Source: a virus. From it: a stretch of 64,000 nt of DNA. The DNA lies in IMG/VR virus record IMGVR_UViG_3300036795_000133, positions 50,085-114,084 of that record. One strand, 5' to 3'. Below, in pieces: positions 29,844 to 41,303 of the stretch; the stretch's first letter is position 1; every line of letters begins with the position of its first letter. The notes under the pieces are model-generated. The model was not told the origin of the DNA. It saw only the letters and a list, made by a program, of their open reading frames with translations, and searched no databases. The translations under genes and the position numbers were made by a program.

Positions 29844-30164
29844 CTACATCTTCTCCCGCTTCAGCGTCTTGGGGGCACGGCGGACGGCAGCAGCAGGCTC
29901 CCCTTCTGCGCTGCCGTCCGCCGCTGGCTGCACCTCAGGGGGCGGTGCGGGTGCAGCCGGGGGGATGGACCTGGATGCGGCCAGCATGTCCGCGAGGGCG
30001 TCAAGGCCGGCATGCGTTGCCTCGGCCGAGGTTCTTGCGTCCCTGACGTCGATGCGGGTCGCCGCGGCCTGCTCGCGGAGGTGCGTGGCGTGCCCGGCGA
30101 GGGCTTCCTCAAGGCGGGCTACGGATGCCTCGATCTGGTTGAGCTGGTCGGTTCTGCGGCTCAC
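29844..30164 (-). CDS. Hypothetical coiled-coil protein
   Basis: 106 aa, coupled to its neighbours. Confidence 0.5.
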   Translation of the reverse strand: MSRRTDQLNQIEASVARLEEALAGHATHLREQAAATRIDVRDARTSAEATHAGLDALADMLAASRSIPPAAPAPPPEVQPAADGSAEGEPAAAVRRAPKTLKREKM

Positions 30165-30583
30165 TTGCTGTCCCCTTCAGGCGACGGAGTGACGGCCTGG
30201 CGGATGGCGGCGAGCTCGGCAAGCATCGTCATCTGCTGCTTCTGGAGGGTGAGGAGCTCCTCGCCCTGCTGCTTCAGGGCGTCGGTGTTGCCCTCGGTGT
30301 GCAGGGCGACTTCCCCGGCTATCCGGTCCCCGCGGTTCGCGGCGATCTGGAGGATGACGCCCTGGACGCTGGCGAGGAACGACAGGCCGAGGTTGAGGCG
30401 GAGCTCGCCGGGGTCGGTGACCAGGGTGATCCACAAGATGATGCCGATGATGATGGCGAACAGGAGCGTCCAGGTGCCGAAGATTGCTTTGAGGCCGTCC
30501 GCCGCGCGCTCGCCGAGGGTGAGGGCGCTGCCGCTGCGCACCGCAGGGTGCCTTGCCCACAGGTGGCCGCCTGGCTTCACCAT
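30161..30583 (-). CDS. DUF1003-like membrane protein
   Basis: TLGERAADGLKAIFGTW..LNLGLSFLASVQGVILQIAANR. Confidence 0.7.
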   Translation of the reverse strand: MVKPGGHLWARHPAVRSGSALTLGERAADGLKAIFGTWTLLFAIIIGIILWITLVTDPGELRLNLGLSFLASVQGVILQIAANRGDRIAGEVALHTEGNTDALKQQGEELLTLQKQQMTMLAELAAIRQAVTPSPEGDSK

Positions 30584-30596
30584 CGCCGCCGCCTTC

Positions 30597-31046
30597 TCAC
30601 AGCCACAACCCGGCTAGTCCGCACGCCGCGCCCGTGACGAGCAGCAGCCCGAACGTCTCCACGACGGCCAGAGCGCCCTTCTCCGGCCTCAGCCAGGAGA
30701 TAACCGCGGCCACGGCGGCGCAGAGCGCCAGGGCGGCAGTGAGGGCCGCTGATCCGCTGCTGAAGCTGTACGGGACGGCCGGGAGCGCGCAACCGGCTAG
30801 GCTCGCGATGCCGATGGCGACCGCCGGGAGCCAGCCTGAGCTTGAGTCGCTGATCCTCTGTCCGTTCGCCATGCTGAACAACTCGGCGATTCCACCGGAG
30901 AGCGCTGCGGCCCAGACGGCGTGCGCGGGCTGGTGACTGACGATCATGCCGGCGATGACGCCGAGAACGATCCCCAGGCCGTCGGCCGCGCCGAACGTGG
31001 CCACGCGCTTTAGGTCAGCGCGGGCAGTGACGGCGGCGGCGTTCAT
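30597..31046 (-). CDS. VIT1/CCC1-family transporter-like membrane protein
   Basis: ATFGAADGL..AALSGGIAELFSMANG..SLAGCALPAVPY; five hydrophobic segments. Confidence 0.7.
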   Translation of the reverse strand: MNAAAVTARADLKRVATFGAADGLGIVLGVIAGMIVSHQPAHAVWAAALSGGIAELFSMANGQRISDSSSGWLPAVAIGIASLAGCALPAVPYSFSSGSAALTAALALCAAVAAVISWLRPEKGALAVVETFGLLLVTGAACGLAGLWL

Positions 31047-31053
31047 GTCCCCT

Positions 31054-31081
31054 ATGATGCCGCATGCACGTGCATCTGCAC
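31054..31081 (-). promoter_or_regulatory. ATGCACGTGCATCTGCAC motif with -10-like CATCAT
   Basis: Full 18-mer at 31064-31081 between divergent genes. Confidence 0.55.
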
Positions 31082-31114
31082 ACGCACGCACCGCGCAGGT
31101 CAGGAGAGGAAGCG

Positions 31115-31324
31115 ATGACGCCGCACGAGATCGAGAACGCGTTCACCTACCACCCGCCGAAGGGCGACCAGGCACAGCGGTACGAGAAGATCAGGTACCA
31201 CGGCAAGACCTTCGCCCAGGTCATCGACGAGGAAGTACCAGACGGGCCGGAGAAGGACACTGCAGTCCTGCGGCTGCGCGAGGCGGTCATGTGGGCTAAC
31301 GCGGCTATCGCGTGCGGCGAGTGA
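31115..31324 (+). CDS. Nucleotide-sponge candidate (Acb4 / Acb2-Tad1 hairpin type)
   Basis: IENAFTYHPP..QRYEKIR..PDGPEKDTAVLRLREAVMWANAAIA; family recognised from recall. Confidence 0.6.
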   Translation: MTPHEIENAFTYHPPKGDQAQRYEKIRYHGKTFAQVIDEEVPDGPEKDTAVLRLREAVMWANAAIACGE

Positions 31325-31331
31325 CGCCCCG

Positions 31332-31673
31332 CTACTCGTCCTCGAGCGCCTCGCGGGCGCGGGTGATCCGGTCCTCAAGCCGCGCAAGCCTCGCCGACGC
31401 CTGCCCGTCCAGCTCCCCGGCTGTCATACCCGGCACCGCGGCGAGCAGGTCAGCGAGCGTCACGCCGAAGAGGCAGGCGAAGGCTGCGGCCTCGTTAAGG
31501 CGGAGCGGTCGCTGGCCTGCCTCGGTTTTCGCGATCGACGTCTGGTGGAAGTCGTACCCGTAGGCGTCCATGCGGCGTGCGGTTTCCTCCTGGGACCAGC
31601 GGCGGGCCTCCCGCAGCCTGCGCAGTTCCCGGCCCGCGGCCTCTTCCGGCGAGCACTGGTCAGTCGCCAGCAT
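31332..31673 (-). CDS. XRE-family HTH regulator
   Basis: LRRLREARRWSQEETARRM..QTSIAKTEAGQRPLRLNEA. Confidence 0.85.
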   Translation of the reverse strand: MLATDQCSPEEAAGRELRRLREARRWSQEETARRMDAYGYDFHQTSIAKTEAGQRPLRLNEAAAFACLFGVTLADLLAAVPGMTAGELDGQASARLARLEDRITRAREALEDE

Positions 31674-34600
31674 GGCTGCTCCAGTCGATCGGGCCGGGCG
31701 GCGTGATGCTGGCCTCGTCGTAAAGCTCCTGCGCGCGCAGCGGGTCAAGGACCGGCTCGCCGTTCAGCGCGGCCTCGCGCCTGTAGCAGTGCCAGCCGGT
31801 TACCCTCGGCAGCGGGTCGTTGACCTTGACCGCCGTGTAGTAGCTGGTGACCTGGAGGACGCCGTCGGGGAGAACGCGCGTCTCCACTTCGGTGAAGCTG
31901 CCGGGGGTTGAGAGCGTCCTGACGGTGCCCTCGATCTCCGCCTTCGCCTTCACTACCTCGCCTGCCGCTACCGGCCGGTAGTCCTCCCCGCCAGTGTCGT
32001 GCACCGCCCGGACGGACAGGCTGACCTCGGCTAGCGCGGCGTCGGCTGATGCCTGGTCGGCGAACGGGATACGGATCTCGGTGACCTTCTGAAACCTGTC
32101 CTCCTCGCCGATCCACAGGCGCGGCGGCTTCTTGAACTCGTCATCGATCAGCACGTCGAATACGCGGCCAAGGCGGATGACGATCTCGTGCGGTGCCATA
32201 ACGAGACCTCGATCGGCTCGGAGTAGGAAACTGGGTACTGCGCCGGGTAGCACTCCGGGTGCCCGCAGACACGTCGTTCCCCGTTCACCGGGGGCACTAC
32301 GTTCGGCGGTCTCGTCTCAGTCCAGGAATGCCCGCACGCGGACTGCACCCCGATCCGTATCTTCCGGCCTAGCGGCTCAGGCGCGGTCACGGGCGCCTAC
32401 TCCGCTGTCAGAGGTGCCGCCGTGAGTTTCCTGGCCCAGGCAGCCCTCTACGTGCACGGAGCACTCCCCGAAGTCCGCGTCGGGGAACGACGTGTTCCAG
32501 CCGAACGGCTCAAGGCCTGCGGCCGAGCGCATCTCGCTCACGATCCCCTGGAGCCTGCCGCCGAGGCCGATGGTCATTCTGTTGTGCTGTGAGACGTGCA
32601 AGATGTGGCGCGTCCAGCGGTCGACGTCGTTCTCCCAGTCGGGAGGCATCCGGTCAGCCATCAGTAGCCGCCCGCTTCCTGGTCGTACCGGATGACTGCG
32701 GGCCGGTCAGTACGCTGCGGCAGCCATGCCGTCGCGCTGGCGTCAACCGGCCCGGCCTCATCGTGGGCGCGCTCGTAGTCGGCGTCCCCCAGGTACCACA
32801 GGCGGCACCCCCGGTTGTCCTGGCGGAACACGATGCCGACGCGTTCCTCGAAGGTGAACCGGACACTCATGGCCCTGGGTGCGCCGCGGGGGTCGATGCG
32901 GTCAGCGGCGTACCGCAGCCTGCGGGCGATGAAGGCGCGGAGGCTCACCGTGGCCTCCTCAGCCCGCGGAACGGGCGCACGACTCTGCTGCCGTCAGCCC
33001 GCTCAACCAGCACGTTACGGGGGCCGCCGCCCGGCCCCCAGCGGGTGATCACCCGGACAGGCTCGCCGCGCTCAAGGTAGATGGTGCCGGTGATCAGGTC
33101 CGGCCGCCTGCCGTACATCCGCCGCTGCACGTCCTCGATCACGTCGTCGCCGGTCCTCTCACGGAGCCGCTTAGCGGCCGGGGTACCCAGGGACGAGGCT
33201 TCGATCAGGTCCCTGATGCGCTGCAGTCCCGGGTCGCTGTCGTCAGCCATCGCGCACCTCGGTTTCATGCCAGTACATGCGCTCATGGTCGGCCATCCCG
33301 TCCTGGAACGGCGCGGACTTCGGGCAGTCCGGCGCGTGGGGGCCTAGCTGGCGGGTACCGCAGCACTTGCGCGAGCCGTTGTCCTCTTCGCAGGCCTCGC
33401 GGGCACCGACCACGCCGGCCCACGTGCGGCCGGGCTCCACGTCCGGGCCCTGGGCATAGCCGTACGCACCCCCGCCCCCGGCGAAGCCCCCGCCGCCGCC
33501 AGGAGGCCACTCCCACCTGGTGATCGCGGCGCAGTCGGCGGGAATCACCCAGTGACCGTTCGGCTCGATCTCCGCCGACGCCTCGGTGCCATCCTTGCGC
33601 CGGTAGTGGATGATGCCCGCTGTAGTGCTCACCGTCTCCGTTCCTCTCTTGACGTCCGTCTCGGCTGGTTCCTCATGAGGCGCTCGAAGTGCACGGCGGG
33701 CTCGTACTGCCAGTCCTGCGGCAGCCTCGTCCCGCCGGAGCGCACGATGCAGTTGTCGAGTTGCGTGAACAGCCTGACCACCTCGTTCGCGTTGTCCTCG
33801 CTGCCTGCCAGCTCCCGCATCTTCTCAAGCGCGTCGTCTGGGTTGAAAGCCGCTAGCGGGTCGTCGTCAGCAGGCGGCCGACGTTCGAGTTGGATGAAGT
33901 CTCCGCGCTCCGCCGCCTCGCCGAAGGTGATCATGCGCCCGGTTTCCCCTGCCTGGTCCTCAGTCATCGCGCACGGTTCCCTCCGCTATCGGCCCGTCAT
34001 CGGCGGTGATCCGCCACTGCCCGCGTTCCATCCCTGGCACGACCACGACCGGGATCTGCGGCTTCGCAACGTCCTCGCCTGTCACTACCGCGAGGTGCGG
34101 CGTGAACTCGTCGCGCTCCGGCACGTACAGGTCGCGTAGCGGGGTCACCACCGAGGGATGGCACTCCAGGCGCATGCCGGCAGGCAAGGCCAGCGGCCAC
34201 AAGGAATCGCGGGCCGCCTGGTCGAGGCGCTCGGCCAGCGCGGTCGCGTCGGCGTCGCGCTGGCACCAGCCGGGGCACACCATCAGGAACGTCTTGCCGG
34301 GCACCGGGGAGCCGTGCGGGGCGTGCGCCTCGGGGTTGCCGCACAGGGGCTCACGCCTTCCCATCGGTGCCGCCCTCTCCCGGAAACCGGACCACCCCGG
34401 CGTCAAGCAGGTTGTCATCGAGGGAGAGCGAGGGGTCCCAGCAGATCAGGGTGCAGCCGTTCCTGTTCCCGCAGAACGCCTGGTCGCCGAAGGAGAATAG
34501 GGGCGGCTGGCCGCACAGGGGACAGCCGGGGGTCAGGGGCTCATCCATCAAGCTCACCGGGTCTGTCGACAATCCATGTGCAGTTCGGGTACATGCCGAT

Positions 34601-35411
34601 CGCCGACTCTTCCCAGCCGGTTGACTTACCGTCCGCGTCCACGTTCTCCAGCCGGGCCATCAGCGAGCCGTCGCAGTCCTGGTCGTATCCGGTCACCCGG
34701 AACACCATGGCCACGTAGGTGCCGACGGGGACGGGCTCTACCGGGTCGCGCCGGGGCGTCATGGCGCGGAGGCCGGGTACGGGCTCAAGCCGGAAGTTTT
34801 CCCTGGTGGAGACGTCAGGGACGCGCCGTATCGCCATGATCTGCCCCCTTGCCGCTCAGGTCTTCCCCGCCGTGCTCCACGCTCTCGGCGTTAGCTTCCT
34901 CGAACGTGTACCCGGCGTAGACCAGGCCCGCGTCGAGGTCGTCGAGCAGCCTGGCGGCATCCGCCCGCGCCTCCTGTACGGCCCACTTCACCCACCACTC
35001 GATGTACTGGTCGCGGGTCATGTCGGTGGCGATCCAGCGGTCAGTGCCCGTGCTAAACACGGCGTACAGGCCGTCAGGCTGCTTTATGACCGAGCGGCCC
35101 ATCAGTGCCCTGCCTCCTCTGCTTGCGTCTCCGTGACCCGCAGGAACTCGTCCCGCCTCATGAGCCGGAACCCGAACGTCACGGTGAACTGGAGCGGCGG
35201 GGGCGGCTCGATCACGCGCGGGTCGGGCGTAATCGGGAAGCCGCCGTAATTGATGTCGTCGCTGCCCGGCCAGTGCCCCTGCGGGTAGTCGCACAGCAGG
35301 CGGGCCGCGTCGGGCTCGCTGACCGTGTACTCGACCTTGCGGCCGTCCTTCAGGTGCAGCACCAGGGAAGCACTCTCTACCGGGCACTCCTCGCGGGGCC
35401 AGGTGAAAGGA

Positions 35412-35738
35412 TCACGTCGCACTGGCATCTCCTGTCGCGGGCTCGGCGTCTTCCGTCCACGTCACAGCCAGCACCGGGACGGGAGACAGGAGCTGGACGA
35501 TCCGGTCAAGGTCGTCAAACATCAGGCCGCGCGTGCCCGGCGGGTAGTAGGCGCGCTCCTGCCACTCGCCGACTGTCAGCGGCATCGGGATAGTCAGCCC
35601 CAGTTCCCTCGCCAGCCGCATGACCTGCCCGGCCCGGCGCGTGTCCGTGCAGACGATATAGGCACCCGCCTCGGCCGCGCGGCGGATAAGCTCCGTGGTC
35701 TTGCCGCCCGCCTGCCCGCGGACGATGATCTCCGTCAT
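35412..35738 (-). CDS. Small P-loop protein
   Basis: IIVRGQAGGKTTELIR..YIVC..GLMFDDLD in 108 aa. Confidence 0.55.
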   Translation of the reverse strand: MTEIIVRGQAGGKTTELIRRAAEAGAYIVCTDTRRAGQVMRLARELGLTIPMPLTVGEWQERAYYPPGTRGLMFDDLDRIVQLLSPVPVLAVTWTEDAEPATGDASAT

Positions 35739-38700
35739 GCGGCCTCCCTCCATCGTCGTAGCGCTAACCGGCACTGTCCGGATAGCTTCCCCCATCGTCA
35801 GTGACGGGCCGGCTCGCATGGCGGCCTCTAGGCAGTCAAGGACGGAGGGGCCGTTCCGGGTCACCTGCTCGCCGCTCACCATGCCGAGATCTCGATCTTG
35901 CCGGACACCCTGTCGCCTGGGCTCACAGGGTGACCGCCCACTACCCTCACGCCGTCGGGCACAAGGTAAAGCCACTCGGTGCCGTCCTCGCTGACGCCCG
36001 GCACCACCCTGTCCTCCGTTCCGTCGTCGCGCACGATGACGAGGTGAAGTCCTGTTCTCATGATGGCCCCGACGGCAAGCCTGTGCTGCATCTGCTTCTG
36101 CCGGATCGCCTCGTGGACCTTAGCCAGCTTCTCCTGCCATGCCTCGTGCTCGGCCTGCACGCGGCGGAAGTCGGCTACCTCGTCGTCGGTTAGCTCGGCG
36201 TTCGGCTCGAAGTCGTCGTCGTCTTCCCACTCCCGCAGGTCCTCGCGGAACATGACGGAGTAGAACGGGTACTTCTCGTACTCGCTGACGTTCACCTTCA
36301 CGGTCATGCGTCCTCCCACTCTCCCGCGATGATGCCGAGCATCCGGACTACCTTGGCGTCGCGCCCGCAGTCGCACGGCTTGCCCGCCCGCTCAGGGTCA
36401 GAGCAGCCCGAGCCGGGCGGACCTGTCGGGCCGCCGATCAGGCCCGCACCCTCCCGCGCCTGGGAGCAGGCGAAGAAGTATCCGTCGCCGTCCAGGTGCT
36501 CCTCGGCGAGGATCTCGGCTACGAGGTCACGGGTGGCCCTGGCAGCCTGAAGGCGGCGCTTGGGGTCGTTGCGGGCGATGTGATCGGCTACGGCAGTGCC
36601 GGGCGTGTCCGCGACTGCCAGGTCCGGCCCCCTGTTGCCGTGGACGACGGCCCGGAGGTCGTCACCGAGAACGCGCCACGGTCCGCGGCGCTTGCGGGCC
36701 GCCCGTTCGGCGACTGCCAGGTCCTCGGCTACGTGCTCGCCGATGACAGTGGCCAGCTCAGCTACGCGGGCAGTCAGGTCCGTGGTCACCAGAACCGCTT
36801 CCCTCCGCTGGCGACGAACGCCTCACCCCAGCAGCTATCGCACAGCCGCTGATCCGCTCTCCGCGTCCCGACGGTAGCCTCGTACGGCTTCCCGCACTCG
36901 CCGCAGGTGACCTGAACACGGGGCAGCCGGGCTTCCCTGCGTGCCCGTGCCCGTGCCTTCCGCGTCTCGTTCCGCTCCACCCACGGGCCGCCGGGTGACA
37001 TCCGGGCAGCACCGCACGGGCAGCGCTCCACGTAGTCCGGCCCGAACCGTCCCCGTGTCCGGGTGCGGCAGCGGTGCCACGGCAGCGGCAGGCGCGCGTC
37101 GTTCCACATGACGCCGCCCAGGGACTCGATGTAGTCGCCGTCGTTCTCGAAGGTGCGGACCCATTCCGCGCTCACGAGATCCCTTCCTTCCTGGCGAGGT
37201 ACTGCGCCCGCTGCTCCCCGTAGACCTTCTTCACCAGGGCGAGGTCCCAGCCTTCCACGGTCAGGTGCGCCTCTCCGGGGACCTCCTGCTGGTACGCCCG
37301 TCCCCAGCGGTGCTCAACGTGCTTCTCGTTCCCGTCGAAGTCGCGCAGGTCGCCGGCTTCGACGTACGGGTTCGCCTCCCGGTCGCTTTCGGGCTGGTCG
37401 CCGCGCCACATCAGCCGGTACCACGTCCGCACCTCAACAGGGCCGTCGTGAAGCTCAAGCTCCGTCACGTCCTCGCCGAGCTTGTATGATTCCGCGTCCT
37501 CTTCGCGGGCGAACGCGTGCAGGATCCGGAAGGACGAGTACTCGCCTGCCGTAGCCAGGTAGACCTTCACCGCTCGCCCCGTTCCGCGTTAGTGTCCCGG
37601 CCCTCGCACCGCTCGTGACCTGATCCGGTATGGATAAGGACGGTCACCGGGCGCTGGCCGCCGCCGAATACGAACTCGAACAGGTGCGACTCGTTGACCG
37701 GCAGGCCGCAGTGAACGCAGTCGCCTGCCGGAAAGAGCGTGAGCCCCCCGCGCCCGTTGCCCAGGACTTCGCGGATGAATGCCCGCTCGTCCTCGGTGCC
37801 GCCTTCAAGGTCGAACCCGCCGCTACTAGCGATGCGCTCAATGTCCGGGGTGGGGTCAAAGCCCCACTTCCGGCGGAACGCCTCAGCCGCCTGCTCAAAT
37901 TCGCTCACTGCTGATCGCTCTCTCCGGGGATAGTGACGCTGACGGACCCTGCACCCGTGCGGGTGCAGGCGGGGCAGATGCCGTGGAACCTGCCCGGCAC
38001 TTCCGGATCGGGAACCGAGGAAGGCTTCCCGTCGATGTCCCGCCACTCGTGGCCGCCGCTCATAGTCCCGCACAGCGGGCACGGCAGCCAGAAGAACCCT
38101 GCGAGCGAGGCGTAGGCCCGGTGCACCTGCCGCCAGCGTTCAGGTATGAGCAGGCCGATCCGGATCAGCGCGGTCGTGCTCATGCCAGCCTCAGCTCAAG
38201 GTCGGCGCGCTCGCAGAACTCCTCAAGGGAGATCACGCCGCCGTCTTGCTCGTCCGTCTCGAACTCGGCGACTCTCTCCGGGTTGCTGTCGAGCCATTCG
38301 CCGTCAGCTGTGCGCCTGATCTCAGCGGAGCCGAAGCTGTGACGGTAGCGGAGGTAGTACTGGGTGCCGTCCGCGCCCCACGCGTCCCACTGTGCCGGGC
38401 AGGCGAAGCAGGTCTGCTCTGCGCGGACGATTACCGGGCGGGCACTGGCCGGCCCTGCCTCCCCGATGATCTGCTCGAATTTCAGCCGCTCCAGCCGGGT
38501 GACGATAGCGTCCGTGCCGAAGCCGTCAGCGGTGATGTAGTTCACGAACTGCCGGATCTTCCGGCGGTCGGCGTCGTTCACGCACTCGGCTCCCTGTCTG
38601 CAAGGTGGGTGACGATAAGCGCGGGCGGCAACCCGGCAAGTGGCACGGTGACGGGCTCTGCAACGGCAAACCCGCCGGCCGCCGGGTCCCGGTGCCAGCG

Positions 38701-39419
38701 GCCCTCCCCGTTGCGCTCGTGCGCGTGCACGACAGCAAACGGGCCGTCGAGCACGTAGACCTCGAAGCGGCAGGCGTCGCGGTAGCAGGTGCCGAAGTTC
38801 TCCCGCATCCAGTCGTCCAGGGCCGTCAACTCGCCGGGGGTCCAGTCGCGCGACCAGTCCCGGGTGCAGCCGTCCCAGACGGCGAAGGGCTCAAGGTCCC
38901 CGTTGACAGCCAGGCCGGTGTCAGGCATTTACGTCTCCTCGTCGTCCAGGTGGGTGACGCCGGATATGATCCACCTCTGCATCTCGGCCCCGGTGATGGT
39001 CTTCCCGCTGGGCAGGGTGACCACGGCGTCAGGAGCGAAGTGCGCGCCTGCCATCATGCGGATCATCGCCGCGTCGTCCGGGGTGATCTCGTGAGCGTGC
39101 AGAGGTTCGGCTGCCTGCTCCCTTGGCCGCCCGCCGCATGTCGGTCGGCTGCAGCGCACGGCGGCATGGCCGCCCGTCTGTTCTGCGCACATCGGGCAGC
39201 AGGTGACGCAGAACTCCCGGCCCGGTTCGTTCAGCCGCGTGGCATGCTCGGGATGACCTGTCGGCCAGTCGGGTGCCTCGCGCCGCTTCCTACCACGCTC
39301 GACCTCATCCAGAAGCGCCATGGCTCCCGGTGACGTGACATGCGTGCGGGCATAGGCGATCAGGTCGTCTTCGCGGGGCGCTTCGGGCGGCGTTACCGGA
39401 CGCCGCGACGGCCAGAATC

Positions 39420-39914
39420 TCACCGAGACCTCCCCTCAAAGCGCTGCCGCACCTCGGCCAGTACGTCAGCGCCGTCACGGTTTCCGGCGGTGATGACGGA
39501 CAGATCCCGTTCAACTTTGTCCCAGGCGCTAGGGGCAGGAGCGGAAGCCTGGTCCTCAGACAGATGAGTGACGATCAGGGCATACCCGTCACGGCCTCCG
39601 GGCCTGCCGCCCTTGCCGACCGTGACCTCGACCGTGTCGGGCAGGTCGGCAGCCGCGTAGGACATTACGCTGAGCGTGCCGGGGTCGCCGGCGGATTCCG
39701 AACTACGGACACCAGTGAAGGACGCGGAGGCGTTCGGGTTGGGCACGTAGCCGATGTTCGAGTTTCCGCCGCCTTCGCCCCCGAAGGACTCGCCGCCGAA
39801 CTCCATGGCATTCCCGCCGTCGCCGCCTGCGAGCACGATGTCGACGCGAACGGCGTTCGGGGGCTTGACCCATGTGCCGCTGCTGGCGAAGTATTGAAGG
39901 TCGGGGTTGCTCAC
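39420..39914 (-). CDS. Stand-alone glycine-rich domain of the tail-fibre type
   Basis: FASSGTWVKPPNAVRVDIVLAGGDGG..VEVTVGKGG..DGYALIV. Confidence 0.6.
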   Translation of the reverse strand: MSNPDLQYFASSGTWVKPPNAVRVDIVLAGGDGGNAMEFGGESFGGEGGGNSNIGYVPNPNASASFTGVRSSESAGDPGTLSVMSYAAADLPDTVEVTVGKGGRPGGRDGYALIVTHLSEDQASAPAPSAWDKVERDLSVITAGNRDGADVLAEVRQRFEGRSR

Positions 39915-40095
39915 CGGGCTGCCGCCTCTCGTTCCGGCTCGTACTTGGTGACGTCCTCGACTGTCACGCGGGCCTTGTGCCCTGTCTGGCGGACGTGAGC
40001 GCGGACCTGCCCGCGCGTTGAGTCGGGATCGAACTCGGGGCACCTTTCGCACTCTGCGATACCCCGCATGCGGAGCCGGGATATGCGGACGCTAT

Positions 40096-41301
40096 TCACT
40101 TCGCCGCTTCCTCTCCCGTGATCCTCGCCAGCCACCCGGCGACAGCTTGCTCAAGCTCGTCCCTCGCGCCGCGACGAGCAGCCCGGCAGGGATTGCAGAA
40201 TAGGAGCTTCCCGCCGTTCCGCAAGCGGTGGACGACCGGCGCTCCGCACTTCACGCACTGCGTTCCCGCCTCTATTTCGTCTGCCCAGCCGCATTCCATG
40301 CCCGTGGGTCGCGCCGCGCCCAGGCAGGCGGGACACAGAAACGCCCATGTCCAGGTGGAGGTGCCTGCGCGCCGGATCATGGCCGGCTTGGCACCTGCCC
40401 CTTGGCAGTACTGGCAATGCTGGGCGGCTAGAGCCAGTTTGTATGCGGCACCCGGTACAGGCGTCCGCTTCCCGCTCCTCCTGGCGTACTCGCGGGCACG
40501 GGCGGCTTTATAGCGGCATGATGCCGAGCAGTAACTAGCGGGAGGAGGGCAATCAAGAGGTAGTTCGCCTTCGCAGTGCCCGCAGCGAGGGCCGGTTAGT
40601 CCGGTTTCCCGGCCGGACGCGGCATGCGGCAGCCAGCATTCGCCAGGAGCATTCTTGCCCTTGCTCTTGCTCATCCGGCATGAGATGCACAGCGTCTCGA
40701 ACCCGGCCGGGAAACCGTTCCTGATCAGCCACCCGTAGACGCCGTTCCTTGGGGGATCGATCACACCTAGGCTTCTAATCTGGAGTTTCTCCCAGCCTCC
40801 GCAGCAGGCGCACGTCTCGCCGTAATGCGCAAGCACCTTGGCTCTCTGCGTAGTCCGGCTTGCGAGGTCATTTACACGCGCCCTTGCGCGAATCTCATCG
40901 CCGTGTTTCTCGCGGTGCCGTTGCCTCTGGACACGCGGGCCTGGCCCTACGTATCGGCCCGTCAGGGGCCGGTCGCCCCACTCCCGGCGGGCGCGCTGTG
41001 CCTGCTCTCGCTTGACGATGCCCAGCCATGGCCAGAGGATATCCAGGGCGGCGTTGACGCGGTCGATGCCCAATACCCGCAACTCGTAGATGTTATTCCG
41101 GCCGTCCTGATACACGTAAGGACCGTAGATCGGGGCCTCGTAACCAATAGCCTCACGGAACCGGTAGAGCGGCTCGCGGTGGTTCTGCGAGATCGAGAGG
41201 ATAACGTAGTTGCCCATGAAGCAGGTTGACCCCTCGCCGTCGAAGAACCCGGCGGCCCAGGCCAGGGCCTCGCTCCTGGTGACGTGCTCGTAGCCGTTCA
41301 C
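40096..41301 (-). CDS. LAGLIDADG domain fused to a degenerate HNH and further Cys motifs
   Basis: LAWAAGFFDGEGS..LSISQN..WLGIVKREQA; HYGETCACCG..NGFPAGFETLCISCRMSK. Confidence 0.75.
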   Translation of the reverse strand: MNGYEHVTRSEALAWAAGFFDGEGSTCFMGNYVILSISQNHREPLYRFREAIGYEAPIYGPYVYQDGRNNIYELRVLGIDRVNAALDILWPWLGIVKREQAQRARREWGDRPLTGRYVGPGPRVQRQRHREKHGDEIRARARVNDLASRTTQRAKVLAHYGETCACCGGWEKLQIRSLGVIDPPRNGVYGWLIRNGFPAGFETLCISCRMSKSKGKNAPGECWLPHAASGRETGLTGPRCGHCEGELPLDCPPPASYCSASCRYKAARAREYARRSGKRTPVPGAAYKLALAAQHCQYCQGAGAKPAMIRRAGTSTWTWAFLCPACLGAARPTGMECGWADEIEAGTQCVKCGAPVVHRLRNGGKLLFCNPCRAARRGARDELEQAVAGWLARITGEEAAK

Positions 41302-41303
41302 GG

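Larger units (their letters stand above)
31660..40135 (-). other. Array of about 28 small, tightly coupled hypothetical ORFs
   Basis: Successive 60-190 aa ORFs with 1-4 nt overlaps (e.g. 32377, 32661, 33243, 33629, 33960, 35102, 36304, 36786, 37172, 38180, 38578, 38929). Confidence 0.6.
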
